From Macrostomum lignano (taxonomy: Eukaryota), in NCBI GenBank assembly GCA_002269645.1, contig NIVC01001299.1, positions 1 to 64,000 on the forward strand: DNA of 64,000 nt, written 5' to 3'. Of the stretch, positions 33,411 to 55,208 are shown piece by piece. A model generated the notes under the pieces. That model was not told where the DNA came from. It made no database searches and saw nothing but the letters and a program-made list of their open reading frames with translations. The position numbers and the translations under genes were made by a program. Numbering within the stretch: the first letter of the stretch is position 1; each line of letters opens with the position of its first letter.

Positions 33411-34558
33411 ACATGCGATTTTTCCTAGCTACGTTGATAGTACATGTACAAGCGTAATTCCCGGCGTTTAGTTTGTGTTTGTGTTATGGAATGATTAGTT
33501 TACTAGTCCAAGCAAAGGACATAGTATCCGCAGATGCTGTCCAACGTAATTAATCGTAATTAGGCCTCACACGGTAAGAAAATTCCGAGCAGTGAAATTT
33601 GAGAAAAATTGATATTAAACTGAAACGAGAAAGCTTTTAAATGCATTTAAAGTAAGTTGAGCATTCATGCAAATTCTTTCTCAGTTTACAGTATAAAAAT
33701 TAGTTGCGCCTGGCGGCAGGAAGCCAGTGCACATCAAGGCTACATCAAGGACGTAGCTCAAGTATAAGAAGGACGTGGGAAGCTTTTAATAGAAGGCAGA
33801 ACCTATGTTCATCTTTTGATATGCTGTGCCTTTCTTATATCTCTATAATATAGCTTAGAAATTTAGGATTCTATGTTAATTTTACATCCTAAATACACAA
33901 TGTATATTTACCTAAAATTGATAAGAATGGCCCAGCTTGACTCATATAGGTTTTATGAATCTATATTTATCGTTATTATTAGTCCTTGGGTTAGATGTGT
34001 GCTGCTTGGATTAGTTTCCTCATCATTTCATTCCTGCAGAAGTGCTCCAATTGGTTGATCAAGAGAGGTAGGCAATCAGTAGAGTAAAGCGTGCAGTATA
34101 TATTTCTTAATTTGTATGCATCGACTTGTTCAGTTTCAGTTGACCGATTTTATTTGACTGTATGGCTAGCTGAAGGATTGCGCTAAGTTGGTTTATATAA
34201 GTCGTGTGTTTTGAGTACTCAGTCATTGGGAACTGTTGCTTAATTTGATGGGAACTGAGGCTGCTGTGTTGGCATCTGTATGCTTAAACATGCGCAGCTC
34301 CCATTGCACTTGATAGGCAGAAAAATCAATCTTCTCAGTCAGTCTCAGGAAATTTTCTAGTCGAATTTCTTGTCGAGTTTTTAGTAGTCAACCGACATTT
34401 GCCAGCAAGCTATAGGATTATTCATTCTGTTCTAAATCATTCATGCGTGTGACAGTTTTATGACCTCCCCCCTATCTCCAAAATCTTTTCCTGCCTGGTA
34501 CGTAATACCCCATCATAAATCGTTTTTCTCTGCTGCGCGCTATACCCCAATTTCTCGT

Positions 34559-34694
34559 CCAATCACAGCGCGACGACTGACGGGTGACGTCATCAGGGCT
34601 GCTCGGTAACGGAGGTCAAGGACAAGTCACGGCTTTCAAAATCACGCATCACGCTTACGTGATCGCGTGACGCGTGATCTCAGGGCTATAAATA
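34559..34694 (+). promoter_or_regulatory. Candidate Pol II promoter: CCAAT (34559), CRE TGACGTCA (34585-92), TATAAATA (34687-94)
   Basis: Canonical motifs in canonical order within a CpG-rich patch about 2.3 kb upstream of the espin ATG. Confidence 0.45.
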
Positions 34695-37026
34695 AGAGCT
34701 GTTTTGAGCTCTGAGAGGCAACGTTCTATGTTCACAGACCGTTTCCTTCCCCTTTTGTTTCCTTTTCCCCCCTTTGGAGCTGTAACAACCGTTCGGAGCC
34801 CGTTCTCCCTTTTCGGTGCTGAGCTAAACTTCCCTTGGCTTTGACCTCCTGACGCGTCTCATCTGGACGGAGGTCGTCCGTGACTGCAGCCGCCGCCATG
34901 ACCATCCTACGACCACGCAGGCCAAACAGCCCCTGGCCGTCGGCCGCGTCTGGAAGGTCTTGCTGAGGATCAGAGCTAAGTGGAAGATTACATAGTATGA
35001 GCCGAATTATCACGAGTGAGCTCTAGGACCTGCATTTCCCCAGCCAATACAGCATCGAACCCATCTATGTATAGGAGGAAAAAAATTAAGATGGCGTTAT
35101 CTATTATCCATTTTTGGAATCCTGGGGCTCAAGGAGGGAATTGTAGTCTAAAACCTCTCACGAGCTAAAAGAACCCTTCTCTATTTAAAAGTCCTCATTT
35201 CCAGCACTGACATAGACAGCGGTCCTTGTATGCCTCGTATACAGTCCCTTAGTCGGCCATTTCTAGTACAGTTGGGTTCAAGAATCCTCGTCTGTTACAG
35301 ACCGGGGTGTCCCGTATCGTTAGTGACAGTTTTTCCCGAGGTGTACATGTACTCCCTGCTGCGGTGTTGGTGGCAGCCGCGCCTCTGGCGTGTATCTTCA
35401 AACATAACCGCGGGGCCCGCTGTCTAGATGATGGGATCTCGGACGCAAACGTCAACTACCAGACAAAGTCTAAGGGATGACGCCTAGCGGCTGTACCTTT
35501 CAGCGGCACAGCCCAGGGGAATTAGAACAGGCGTTTTTCTGCAGCCAGGGTTGCGTCAAAACATAATGTATAAAAACAAACCTGATCAGCTTTGCCATTC
35601 TTGATTTAATTATTTCAACGTCGGATCCGATCGGTAGCCAAGTTTCAGTAATTGATGCATAATGGATCAAATTGTTAATATGGCGTAGTATAACTTTAAG
35701 TGTTGATTACCATGTACATGTACATAGCTAGGAAGCTACAGTATATACATGTATAGCCTGCAGCTTTTAGGATCAAGTGTGTCGAGCAGTCCATCATGAT
35801 GATGGGATCCAGTTCAAAGGGTTGGATCAGATTTTTCATGCATAGTCTAGTTCTGAAGAGGAAATAGACTTTGTCTTTGACTCAGATGCTTGCCAAAGGT
35901 TTCCCACGGCGTCCGCATTAAGTTTAAAATATTCTGTTGTCTTCCAGAACCGTAGGAATTAAAAATGAACTTTCCAGTTGAAAATTATTCAATAAAAATA
36001 AAGCATGCGATGCTTTAAACTATCTTTTTCTAAATGCATGATACTCTGATGCGTATACTTTAATGCCCTAATTAAAAAAGTTTTTAAGCCTGTTAGACAA
36101 TGTTCAATAATCTAGCTCACGATGCTGGCGATATCTACTAATGCATTAGCTTCTAGATAAAAAATCTGAATTTAGCTCGTAATATTATAAAAAATTTTAA
36201 ACTAAAATTATCCTTACATTACAATCATCCGAATCTTCGAATGCATGTGTAAATTTGTTTTAACACTCTGAATCTATTAAAAACAAGTAACGCACTTTTT
36301 CAACATGATTTTTACCATCTTTTTTAAGGTGGCAAAGCACGTTTTCGACGGCCACGGACAGGGCTCTCATCATAATTTTATTGTAAAATTTGAAAAGAAT
36401 ATGATTACACCGTTTCGAAAGTATTATAAATAATTTTGCTGTAAGTATCACAGTTATCACAGTTTTTATTTAATAAAGTCGGTATTGAAACTGAATTTAC
36501 AATTGTGTTTTGTTTGTGAAATCGATATCCACTGATAATAATAGATTTGCTTAATCGAATAAATAGAAATATCTGTAATAAATAAAATAATTTTGAATGA
36601 AAAGTTACTAAGTGTTATAAAAGCAAAGTGCTTATTGAAATTTCCAGCCCTCCATCTCTGTATTAGATAAAAAGTTCAATGTATAAAGTTATAAACTACA
36701 ATTGTTAAGTTAGAATTTATGCATGCAAATTTCAAGTCCTATTTAAAATGCTTAGTTTCAGCAGTTGTTTATGGCTTTTATGGTATTGTGTAACTTTGAA
36801 GTACTTTGTATACTTAATTCTTTTGCGCTGCTTGCCTTCTTATTCAGCTTTCAGCCCTAAACAAAAAAGAATAAATGATTAGTCTTTAATATTTTTATAT
36901 TCTTTTAGTCTTTTATAACTTAAAAAATTAATATAATTATCACTTTGAGGATTTAAGTTAATTCAGTTAAATAAAATAAAATCCCACAGTTAGCAGACGT
37001 CAATTCCATAACGATCGGCAGCGCAG

Positions 37027-44060
<7,034 letters not shown>

Positions 44061-46639
44061 CGACCTTGACACGAGAGACGAGTCAATGTTCACCTCCAGT
44101 TCCAGTAGCATGTTCAAACGATATCTTGTTAGTAAAGTAAAACAAACCAAACCTTTTTTTCAAAAGCTTTAAAAAACCAATTACAGCTAAAAGTTTTTTA
44201 CTGTATGGCCAGCTGAAGCAATAGATCGCTATACTCGAGTTTTTTTTTAAAATAAGCTAAAGATCTTAGTACATGATATCCTCTACAGATGAGAAGTTGG
44301 ATTTAAGGCCTACCTGAGTAGAAGATCGGGAAACTAGGTTACTTTTAAAAAATTGAGGCAGGTTTGCGTTTTCATTGTTTTAGGACACTGTTAATTTTAT
44401 ATCCTACATGTACGTACATATGTCCTGTGCCTAGAAGTAAAAAATCGTTCTTTATGACTATGTAACAAAAAAGTGTAGCAGAATGATAAAATAGATTCAT
44501 AAAACCAATAAGAACATCAGTAAAGCTAGCTATAAATTGAAAGGCAAGTCATTTATAGAAAAAAGGAACATTGAGTCTACCTTTTATCAAAAGCTATACC
44601 AATATGAAAACTCTCCTATGCAAGATCTCCTGACAAAAAAATTAATTTAAGTTCCTGTGCTATTCTCGTAAAGTCTCTAAAGTCTCGTTCATATAATTTC
44701 AACAACTTCCAGCAGGTTTCACAACAAGTAATTATATTAGCATGCAGTTGAACAGCATTTTATACTTCACGTTTTATCAGTTTTTATTATTTTGCTGTTA
44801 TCATTGCCAACCAATTATTTATAACCACGGTTTTACGTTAAAACAGTAGCTGCATGCCTAACTTTTGCTCATGTTATTAATTTTCACAATTACTATTGCA
44901 CGAACAGTATATATATTACTATTTACATGATATTACATGTTACAGCCTAGCTATCTCAATTTTCAGTATTTTAGACCCCAAATTTCCGTTACAAACTCTG
45001 ATTGTGTACATAGAAAATTATTTTTTAGACAATATAATTAGATTTGAAAAATCAGCATATTCAAGTTTTAACAAGAATTATATACTCGTAAATTTAATCG
45101 GAAAGTATTTTTAACAATTGTGTCACAGATTCTGGTACTAAAAACTGTTTTTTTATTTCACCATTTTCACACACTATCGACGTCTTTTTTTCATTCAAAT
45201 TTCGAAAAATTAGATTTAGATTGTCTTTCAAAGAAAATGAATCTGACTATTTTTAGTTGACGAAATCATTCGACTTACGAGCGTATTAAAAATTTAAAAC
45301 TCTTCAAACTTTTTCTTACGTCTGACCAACAAAACTTCAAAATACAATGTTTTGTATTGAATTTTAAATTTTGCCTCTTTGTTGAAACGTAAGAATATGC
45401 ATGGCTGTGTACTTAAATGTTCGTAACTTGCGCAATTTTTAATTCTGTGGTTCATTTTACAAACAACGATATAAGAAATCTAAAGCTGATATTACCATTA
45501 TTGCATGAATTCCCAGCCGAAAATGTTTGGTGTTAAATTACACTTGATCCTATTAAAATTGTTACGCAAAATTGACAGTGTATTTCTTCCAGAAACTTTG
45601 AAACGCGCTTATTGGTCCCCGAGTAACTTTTGAAGCTAAGAAATCAATATAGCACTCCATTGAGTATTGGTAGGAAAATATGAACTACTCGTACATTACG
45701 AGCATATAGATCACACTTCATTGTTTGCTGTTGCGCTTAAAAAATATAATAGAGCATCTATACTAGCTGACTGCACCGAACTACTGCACATCAGTAGCAT
45801 TGGAAGATTTTTTGTTTCACCCTCTGGAACTACTTTCCTTGAATTTCACAGCTAAAGTACAAAAAAGCCGGAAAATAATTAATACGTTAGAACAGGGTCG
45901 ATTTAAAAGCGCGAATATTTACAGCAGACTGCGTAAAAACTATGGAATGATGTCCGCATTGAAAAGGCACAGATATATACTAGCAGCAGACTTAAGAGTA
46001 GTCTCATAAAACAACTCCAAGGTCGTTTAACTAACTATTAGAATTCGATGTCCGGCAGATGTACAGTCAAGCAGGGTTAAGCAGGTAAAAATAGCTCATA
46101 AATTTTTTAGAAAGAAATCAAAGCACTTATTAAAGTAGATTATAAAACCGAGCGTCGCTTACAGGCACTGCAGGAGTTGCTTGTGCGTGTACTTTTAGTA
46201 GTTATGTGATCAAAGGCAATGTATGTACATGTAAAGGCCTGTGCTTATATTAGTCATAGATATAATAATAGTACAACCAACGCATATCGCTGACTCCTGA
46301 TGAGCACATGCAAGCGCGCAATACTGTACACAGACACGCACTCTTACACACTCGTCAGGCATGTGTCACACTCTCCGTGCCTTAGGGCCGATTTGTCCTC
46401 ATGGCTGGAATCGTACAACAGCTCCCCCAGGCCAATTTTCGTACACACACGCAATTTGTGCGTTATTAAATAAATAAATTAGGCAATGAATAGTTATTAT
46501 TAAATTATGAGTAAAAAGCATTAGCACAAAATTAACCGCAACTGAAAGACGCAGTGCAAAGTTGAATTGGCATGCAGACAGACGGGACAAATACTGTTGT
46601 TGTTTTCCTTTCGAGATGACGTATCAGCCCTGTGAATAT

Positions 46640-49600
46640 TTACAAGTGTTTGTGCCTTGCATAAGCTGCTACGGCACTTTTTCGACGAAACGACACCTTC
46701 TTGAGCTTGGCTTTGTAGTGCTCGTTCTCGATTTCGCGCACGTGGTTGGCTGGAAACCAGCCGCGATGACCCAGCTGAGTGAGCCGGCTGCCCAGGTACC
46801 AACCTGTGGTGAGGGTGTAGGGGACGGAGAGAGGCGTGGGCGCAGTGTCTCGAAATATAAGAGATTAAGAAGGCTACCATTTTTACGTATTACCAGTCCC
46901 TCATTCCTTGGCTTTACCTCGCTTATCCCTAGTTGACCCAAAGTTTCAGTTTTGCCTGTATTTTTTTAGTCCCAACGCGACAAGGCAGGAGGTTTTCTTT
47001 TCCCAGATCCCAACTGGTCTATGCCAGTATAGAAACTCCCAAACCCCTTGTCATTACTAGTAGGGTAAAAGCGTATCTACGTAGCTATCAGCTCTATCAC
47101 AAAAGAGTTTAGTCATCAAGGTGGACAAGGAGCAGCAATCGATGCACCTGGCCCGAACTCCAGATAGTATATAACACTCCTGGGTGTTGACTCTAATAGA
47201 GGTGTGAATCGCATGGGAAATAATCAAACACATTTTTTGTACATAAGGACCCCATTAAATCGAACCTGCTAAACTCATCATGCAATCTGATGGGTGCACA
47301 AAAAGCATCAGAATTAAACTAACCATCCTCAGTCTTCTTGTAGATGTTAACAATGTCCCCTCGTCGCAGTTCCAAGTCGTCTTTCTGCTGAGCGGTATAG
47401 GCCCGGATCGCCTCGGCCTGAGGACAGTCGTCGGGCTCGTACACCGGGTCGCCCAGCTCGTCCCGAGGGCTGAAGATCATCAGCCATCGCTCAGCTTCCT
47501 CCCTGCTAGGCATCTCCAGCACCAGAGAGACTGGCGGAGTACCGTCTGAGCTGTCTACCATGCGAAGTCTCAGAGTTGGCTTTTGAGAGGACTCATCAAA
47601 GGTTGAGTAGGATGCGTTGGACAGGTATTCAACGTCCACATAGGCTCGTGGACAGTGCTTCAGCACTTGGAAGCCTTGGTCGCTAAAAATTGTGTATTTA
47701 AGAAAGTTAATCAAGGCTAAACTCCTCAAAACCACTCCTGATTTTAAAATGAGATAAAAATCCTTCAAGCTTAGGATGTCGAGAAAATTTTCACACATCC
47801 GCTTTGTAACAGAATTTCTCAAGATCTTGTGAAAGGGCGCTAAAAAAACAAGTACGTACTGCTACTAACAATAGATAGATGGTTTGTAACTTTATCCAGT
47901 AATACGCAATCATAATTTCGAGGGCAGAATAACCCAACTAGAAAGAGCGGAAACTTACCTCTTTGGCTTGGACACGATAAGCAGGTCTGAGAAGGCGTGC
48001 AATTGCAGGTAGTTCTTTCGTAGGAACATCTTCGCTACGAAGCCCTGCGTGTTCGGCGTAGCGCTGATCACTCGAACCTGCGCCTCACGGATCAGGTGAC
48101 GGCCACCGCCCCAGCAACCGACTTTCTGGAGAAGAAATAAAAATTTTCAAAAATCAATTAAATGAGACGGAATCTCTGAAATCTAAATTTGAATGAAAAA
48201 AACTTGCCTTGACTTTAGTAAAGATAAGCTGATTCTGAAGTTTGAGCATCTGCTCCTTCTCAGACATCATCCGTGACTCCTGGTCGCACTCTCTGGCCAG
48301 GGTGAGCAGCTGGCCCAGCGCCAACATGCTGGCGCCATAGTTTGGATCATCCTGCGACATCCTACGAACCACAGCGTCCATAAGCAGCTGCAGACTCATC
48401 ACTCGCTTCATCGGCATCTCCAGGTAGCTCTGCAGGGCAATCCGGCGACAGTCGGGCCGCTGCTCCAGCTCGCCGAGCTCATTCACAAAATCGGCATTCT
48501 CGCAGAGTTTGTGCAGAGTCTTTGTCTGATAGTAGAAATTCCGGCAATAGTCTTTATAAACTTTCAGGCTCTCGATGCTGTCTAGGATAACTTGGCTAAT
48601 CCATTCCATTCTCGGGCTCTTCTTCCATTGCTCTTCCATGGCTTTGAGAAATCTGTTGAGGAGTTGATTTTGTCAGTTGAAGATACTATATTAATCAGAT
48701 GTAGTCAGACTGATTGGTTAATTTGTGCTCTAGACTACTAAAAGTAAGTCGAATAGCACGAGAATAAGTATAAGGTCTGCGACACAGCATGTTGTCACTG
48801 TGAAACTTTAGTCGGGCGTTAACAACGCAAGGAGCAGCACAAGAAGCCATCACTGAAAATTCCATGCTGCACCTGAATCGGAAACCATCGCGGAAGGTCT
48901 GAGCAATGGTGCTTGTGCTCGACCGAGGAGAGGGGTCTGAGGAGGGGGGGGGGGATTCTGTGCGATTCTGGGTGGCCCCAAACCCTCCTGTGAGTACTTA
49001 ACTTAACACTAATACCCCGAGTGAGGGTTTTAGCCTAGTGGTTAGAGCGTCGGTCGACTCACAACTGAAAGGTCAGGTTTTCGATTCTCGACACACTCGG
49101 AAAAATTTGTGTTATTGAGCAAGACACTTAACTCTGCATTGCTTCAGTTTACCCAGCTGTAAAATGGGTGCCAGCATTAGCTGGGGATAATTGAGGTTGC
49201 GTGAAGCGATCCCACCCCCCCCACTCCTTGGACTATACAGCCGTACACTGTCTTTAAGCTGTCGGTGTCACATCAGTACATTAGGGTAGGTTTAATAATC
49301 AATTATTATTTTTTCTATTAGCACTCATAAACAGGCAGATATAATATCTAATTAGAATCGATGAAGTGGCGAAGCTATTTTATTCGGAGAAACATTGACC
49401 GAGAAACTGACATCTATGCTGTCAAGTGCATGTCAAGGGTAAACACTCTGGTAGATAAGACTTGATGGAACGCGTGTCGCTCGCATGGTTGCACACTAAT
49501 GCGATTTTCGCGCCACACTAGCAGTATATGAACAGTTCAAGTAGGACACTACACTCGACTTTCTTAGAAATGAGCTGGGAACAGGTATAGGAACGTTATG

Positions 49601-52600
49601 ACTATTCAGGGGCGTCGCTAAGGATTTTATGGTGGATTTTGTGCATTTTATGGAATGGCACAGGCATTCCTTTTAGCGCCGCAGGCATTCATTTCGGCGC
49701 CGCAGGCATTCATTTTGGCGCCGCAGGCACTCATTTTAGTGCCACAGGCACTCATTTCGGCGCCACAGGCATTCATTTTAGCGCTGTAGGCACTCATCTT
49801 GGCGCCGCAGGAATTCATTTTGGCGCCACAGGCACTCATTTCGGCGCCATAGGCATTCCTTTTATTGCCGCAGGCACTCATTTTAGCGCCGCAGGCACTC
49901 ATTTTGGCGCCGCAGGCACTCATTTTGGCGCCGCAGGCACTCATTTCGGCGCCATAGGCATTCCTTTTATTGCCGCAGGCACTCATTTTGGCGCCGCAGG
50001 CACTCATTTTGGCGCCGCAGGCACTCATTTCAGCGCCATAGGCATTACTTTTATTGCCGCAGGCACTCATTTTGGCGCCGCAGGCACTCATTTTGGCGCC
50101 GCAGGCACTCATTTCGGCGCCATAGGCACTCCTTTTATTGCCGCAGGCACTCATTTTGGCGCCGCAGGCACTCATTTTGGCGCCGCAGGCACTCATTTTG
50201 GCGCCGCAGGCACTCATTTCGGCGCCATAGGCATTACTTTTAGTGCCACAGACACTCATTTTTTCTTTGGCGCCCTGAAGAAAACTTATTGATTGCCACA
50301 GCAGGTCACAAAGTGGGGTGGGATGGGCCGGGACAAAGCATTTGCATGTCCCCCCCACCCCCATAGCTTTTACTGAGGGGGACATGTCCCCCCTGTCCCC
50401 CCAGTTGGCGACGTGCCTGTGAATTTTCGTAGACACTTGTTGTATAGCCTATACACGCATTGAACACAATTTTAGACCAGAAAACTATCAGAATTTTCCT
50501 GTGAAGGTTTGTCATACTTTCAAAATCTCTCTGTTTCTTGTCAACTTTGTTAAATATTGGGTTTTTTTTCCAAAAAATCTGTTTGTCTGAATCCAATGGA
50601 AATCTGGAAAACTTTTCAGCAACCGATTTTTTTTTATTTTTCATTCCTTATAGTTCCATATAATCGTACAAAGTCAAGATGTTGGCTGCCATGTGATGAA
50701 GTTGCTTGGGTCTTGACGCATGTATCTAATTAAAAAAATCCAACAGTTCACTTACGAGGTTGAGCACTCAATGATGTCCACGATATTTGAGAACAGATGG
50801 TGCTTATCCAGAGCCTTAACCAGTGCATTTTGGCGTGTGTGATCAAACAGGGAACTGTTGTAGAACACGTCAACTAAGACCAGCAAGTTTTTGTAGTAAG
50901 ACGCCTCCGAAGTGATGAATTCGAACTGGGCCTGAAATTATGTTGAAAATCAGATCGATTTTTCAGATGCATTTTGCTAATTGAATCAATATGTTTGGTA
51001 GATGCATACATTAGCAAGGTCGTAGTTTGTAGCTAGGGCGCACCCAGTGCTAAAGCCCCTTCCTGGTGCTAAAGCCCCTGGTGCTAAAGCCCCTGGTGCT
51101 AAAGCCCCTGGTGCTAAAGCCCCTGGTGCTAAAGCCCCGGGTGCTAAAGCACTTGGTGCTAAAGCCCCTGGTGCTAAAGCCCCTGGTGCTAAAGCCCCTG
51201 GTGTTAAATCCCTAACCATATGAGAAATCCTGTCTCTACTACAAGCTAGTTACAACTTGTTTTTTGTACTTGTTTTTCAAAGCAACGTACCTCCTTCAGC
51301 TTGACCTCATCCTTAGACAGCGATTCCAACAGTCCAGCTTCGGCAACTTCTGGCATGTTTCGCCAGAGAGTTCGGCTGGGCCCGCTGCTGGTCAGCCTTC
51401 CGGCCAGCTCACCGCCTCGCTGGTCTTGCAGCTGCGGCTGCTGCGACTCGTCTGACAAGTTTCCTGACTGTTCGGCTAATCTTAAAGCTGAACTCCGGTT
51501 ATTCGTTGCACCAACAGAAGTGGCTGATGTTGTAGCAGCAGATCCGTGATTCTCATGAAGATCGCCCTCACTATCCGACGTCTGTAACGCGCCTGAAGTA
51601 TGGATTAAACAAAACTACAATATAAGCGGAAACTCCGAGACGCGTGATTTACACAAGGACTACTTAAAAACTGCGGCCTCTCCTCCCGCCGCCTCTGGTG
51701 GGTTTACACTGCCATTGTTAGACCAAACCAGCTCCTTCGCCGGCTTCATCTGGAACAGTGCTCTAGAGGTGAAAGGGGTTCTTGAAGCTCTTAACAGGGT
51801 GCAAGGCCGCGCTTGTCGAGCTATATACTGCCATTGCACGACTCCCTCTACGCCCTTTGCTGGCATGAACTACTTCCTGGACATCCCCTCTTGACCTCTT
51901 TGTCAGAGGGGAGGCAATGAAGACCACCCGCCGTCTGCTCGACGCTTTCAGAAAGCGGAACCTCCGTCCGCACGGCGTGATCTGAAAGCAGCGGGAGGCC
52001 TGCTGACCCTCTCGGACGGAATCCCATCCACGCTCTGCCCTCGGCTCAAATTCAAAACCAGCATTCCACGACGTCATGAGGCCAGAGACAACTGGAAACC
52101 CCGTGAAATCCACTGCTTCACTGACGGATCCCAAATCAACTCCGCCTCTGGCTACGTCTACTACATCGTGTCTGGAGGGAGAACCATGGCGACTTTCTCC
52201 CAGAACTACTTGTTGTTAACAAAAGGTGTTAACAAAAGTTGTTAACAAAAAGTAGTCCTTTGTTTTACATTTCATTCTCTTCGATTTTAAGTAGACAATT
52301 GACAGAGCTGGTTTGGCATAAAAAGAAAAAAATGTAGTCTTACTCAGTCTCGCAGTTGGATCTTCGAACTCCGGTCCAACTCGATCGTAGAAAACCGACT
52401 TGTATTTGCTACGATCTTGCAGCTTCTCGGCTTGGTACTGCAGATTAATTTGTTTTAAGTGCCCAGTTATAACATCCAAATTAAGGATCAATGGAAGGTT
52501 TTCACAAATAATCTTATTATTATCGCAAGCTAAAGCTTAAGACTTCTCTCTAGCTTTCCAAACGCCTTCTGTATATGAACTCACCCTCAGAAATATCTCA

Positions 52601-55208
52601 GCTCTTTCCGCTTTTGTCTCATCAGAGAAGCTGCCTTTTCGGCTGTCCAGGCTGAAATATTTGGATTGATTTTTCCTCTAAAATGTCATAAACTATTTCT
52701 CGTAAATGTTTTTGTAAAATTCAAATTAGCATTCAACACAGTTGGCGTCAAGCTTACCCTCCGTTGCTAGCCATGTCCTCAAAGACTAAAATAGAAAAAA
52801 AACCGGGGAAAGAGAAAGATAATAGAAGCTTCCAAGTAGAGTAATAACGTACGTGTACTATGGAAACGTTATCGACGTTGATGATACTGTTCGAAATTTA
52901 TTGCAAAAATGATAGACATTGTGAAAAATATACGTGTGACAGTGGATGTCGGAATTTCGCATTGGTGACTTACTTTCGAAACGCTTTCGAATGCCCTGCT
53001 TGACGGTTCCTCGGCCGCTTGCGCGAGCACCTTTGCTGGGCCCCAGAGCTCGGACCAGTTCGGAATTGCCGTATTGCCCGCTGAGGCAGTCTGGTAAAAT
53101 AAATTTAAAACAAACTGATGGATTCAAAAATCGACAAAGCTAAATATCGATTTCCACCCAGCAAACTCGCCCCAACCATTAAATACGAATGCACCCCTGC
53201 AGTGTGGGAGTGAGTCCATTCGAGCCCCGAGGCATCCAACAGGCCCCTATCAAAGTCAAACCCGAGCTGAATTTATTGACTCAAAATTATCTTTTTTTTG
53301 AGTCGTAAAGCACAGTTTCAGTCCAGTCTATAATCTCTCTTTCTGGATGTATTATTGACTTAATCGCGCGGACCAGCTCCATAACGAATTCGAACTGGAC
53401 GTAACAGGCTTCAAAATTTAATGACTCAAGTCACGTGACTGCCTTCAAGCCCTATAGAGCCGCTTGACTCGATAGAGTTTGAGCGGAATATCTCGAGCTG
53501 AGAGTTGCTGCAAGCGTAGCTGTGCTTCAAGCAATCAAGATAAAAATCGCAGCGTTTCGTGTTGCTGGCAGTGGGTGTAGCAGCCAATACGAAAGACTGC
53601 ATTTAATTGTGCAATAAAAGCCCCGTTAACCATTTGCAACTGACAGAAAACCAGCTCCAAGCCATATTTGGTTGTTACAATACGAGCAAAATATTAAATT
53701 TCGTATTGCGCGATTGAAATATTGCATAATAAATTTGCTCCGCAGTAAATTCACCATTGCATCCCGAAATTATACTAGCATTTGGTTTCCAACGTGAATT
53801 TATTCAGTGCATGCAATTATTCTATTAGAAGCTTCTGAAAGCACCGGACTAAGATGACAAAGAAGAACTTTTTGGACACCTCAAAACAAGGCTTCAGGTC
53901 CCGTTAATTAGGGTAATTGAAAAGTGTTCTTCTTTGCAGGTAGGGCGGGGGGTAGTGCACATCCGTCATCATCAGAGTGAAAGAGTTAATTATCCAACTA
54001 TTTAGGACACCAGGAACTGCCTGAAAAATATCAGTTTGCTTTCATCTATACTTCAACCTCAGGGGGTTAAAATTTGACCAAAGCAAAGCATGGAAACTGC
54101 AGCAGAAAGGTGGTGCACTCGACTTTCTTAGAAATGAGATGAGGTCGGAAAAGAACGTATATTTTTAGCATTGCTAGTGAATTTACTCTGATTAATTAAT
54201 TCTCTTCTCCACCCAATTTTTCTATCACAAAACCCCATTTAGCGCTATGGAGGACTTCAAAAGACCAAAATTTCAAGGACCAATTAGAAAATTCTGAATT
54301 GGTCCTTGCGCCAAAATGAGCATCAGATGCTTTAGTCTGGCCTGAGTATTGATAATAGTAATAAAATAATTGATTATCCCAGCCCCAGTGGGCAGATGTG
54401 CAACCGACAGCTCAGCCGCAGCTATTGCGCGGCGCATCTGAAGGCTGCGTACGGCTGTTCAGTCCAAGGACTGGGGGGTCGCCACACACCGGCCCTCAAT
54501 TACACCAGAGAATGCTGGCACCCATTTTACAGCTTGTAGAACTGAAGCAATGCAGAGTTAAGTGTCTTGCTCAAGGACACAAATTGTTCCGAGTGGGTCG
54601 AGAATCGAACCCCGGACCTATCAGTGGTGAGTCCGACGCTCTAACCACTAGGCTACAACCCCTACTCACAACCACTGGCCTGAGGCACCAAAATCAGTTC
54701 TCGTTTATAACTTTTGGTTTTGTCTCCACGCACTACTGACTCCAGTAGGGCAACGACGATGGTTCAACATCACAGTGCGATAATTGAGTTGCACTGTAAT
54801 TGTTTTGATGTTGCGTGCTCAGTTTCACTCACCGGTAGAAGCCACCATCTCATGCTGAGGCCTTTGATCACCAGATGAATTGGTTGCATGATTTGAGTAC
54901 TTTCGCAAACTGCCACCAGCAGGGGCGAGACGGTGAGTTGATCCGCTGAAAGTCAAAATACCATGTAGATGATTAATTTATGAAAGACTTAGATCAGTCA
55001 GGTATAAAATCGCGGTCGTATGAGTAGGACTAATTCAGTCATTTAAGAACTCAAAACTAACAAGCACTCTTAAATACTTTGTGAAAATTCAAATTTTACA
55101 GCATAATAACTTCTTACAATCCCGTGTAGCCTTCAGCTCCTCTGGCAGTTGGCGATGTCGAAGATGCCCCCAGATCTTCCCAATACGCCTTGAGCCGTTG
55201 GAAGCGCT
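46640..55208 (-). CDS. Ephexin/ARHGEF16-26-type RhoGEF (DH-PH-SH3), multi-exon; 5'-most exon not located
   Basis: DH: FEFITSEASYYKNL, LFSNI.D, LQSYLEMPMKRV..L.LL. PH exons ~47415-48125. SH3: AIRAYTAQQKDDLEL..GD...GW..G....RGWFPANHV, stop at 46640. In-frame upstream exons at 51.3-51.6, 52.3-52.7, 53.0-53.1, 54.8-54.9 and 55.1-55.2 kb. Confidence 0.85.
49025..49310 (+). mobile_element. tRNA-derived CORE-SINE, variant 3' tail
   Basis: A box TAGTGGTTAGAG and a degenerate B box (GTTTTCGATTC), then a CORE-like domain ..GAGCAAGACACTTAAC..TCAGTT..CCCAGCTGTAAAATGGG. Confidence 0.8.
49607..50419 (+). mobile_element. MITE-like element with imperfect ~15-bp TIRs carrying a 21-bp minisatellite
   Basis: Left CAGGGGCGTCGCTAA; right TTGGCGACGTGCCTG; internal GGCGCCGCAGGCACTCATTTT array; no exact TSD seen. 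Confidence 0.6.
51045..51205. repeat. 15-bp minisatellite (GGTGCTAAAGCCCCT)
   Basis: Directly visible tandem array. Confidence 0.95.
51715..52205 (+). mobile_element. Degenerate non-LTR retrotransposon (LINE) fragment: RT thumb to RNase H
   Basis: RP..SF...IW......L.RVQ.RACRAI, LDIP.LDL, then IHCFTDGS (RNase H); interrupted frames; lies antisense in a RhoGEF intron. Confidence 0.7.
54362..54661 (-). mobile_element. tRNA-derived CORE-SINE, full length
   Basis: Reverse complement of the copies at 59.4 and 63.2 kb. Confidence 0.85.

Noticed and set aside
34540-34605. Hammerhead ribozyme on the minus strand (CUGAUGA...GAAA)
   Set aside because: An extra nucleotide precedes GAAA and no stem I/III partner with a NUH cleavage site could be found.
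35142-35529. Solo LTR (TG...CA)
   Set aside because: The flanking 5-mers GGAAT/GGCGT do not form a clean TSD, and no second copy, PBS or PPT is visible.
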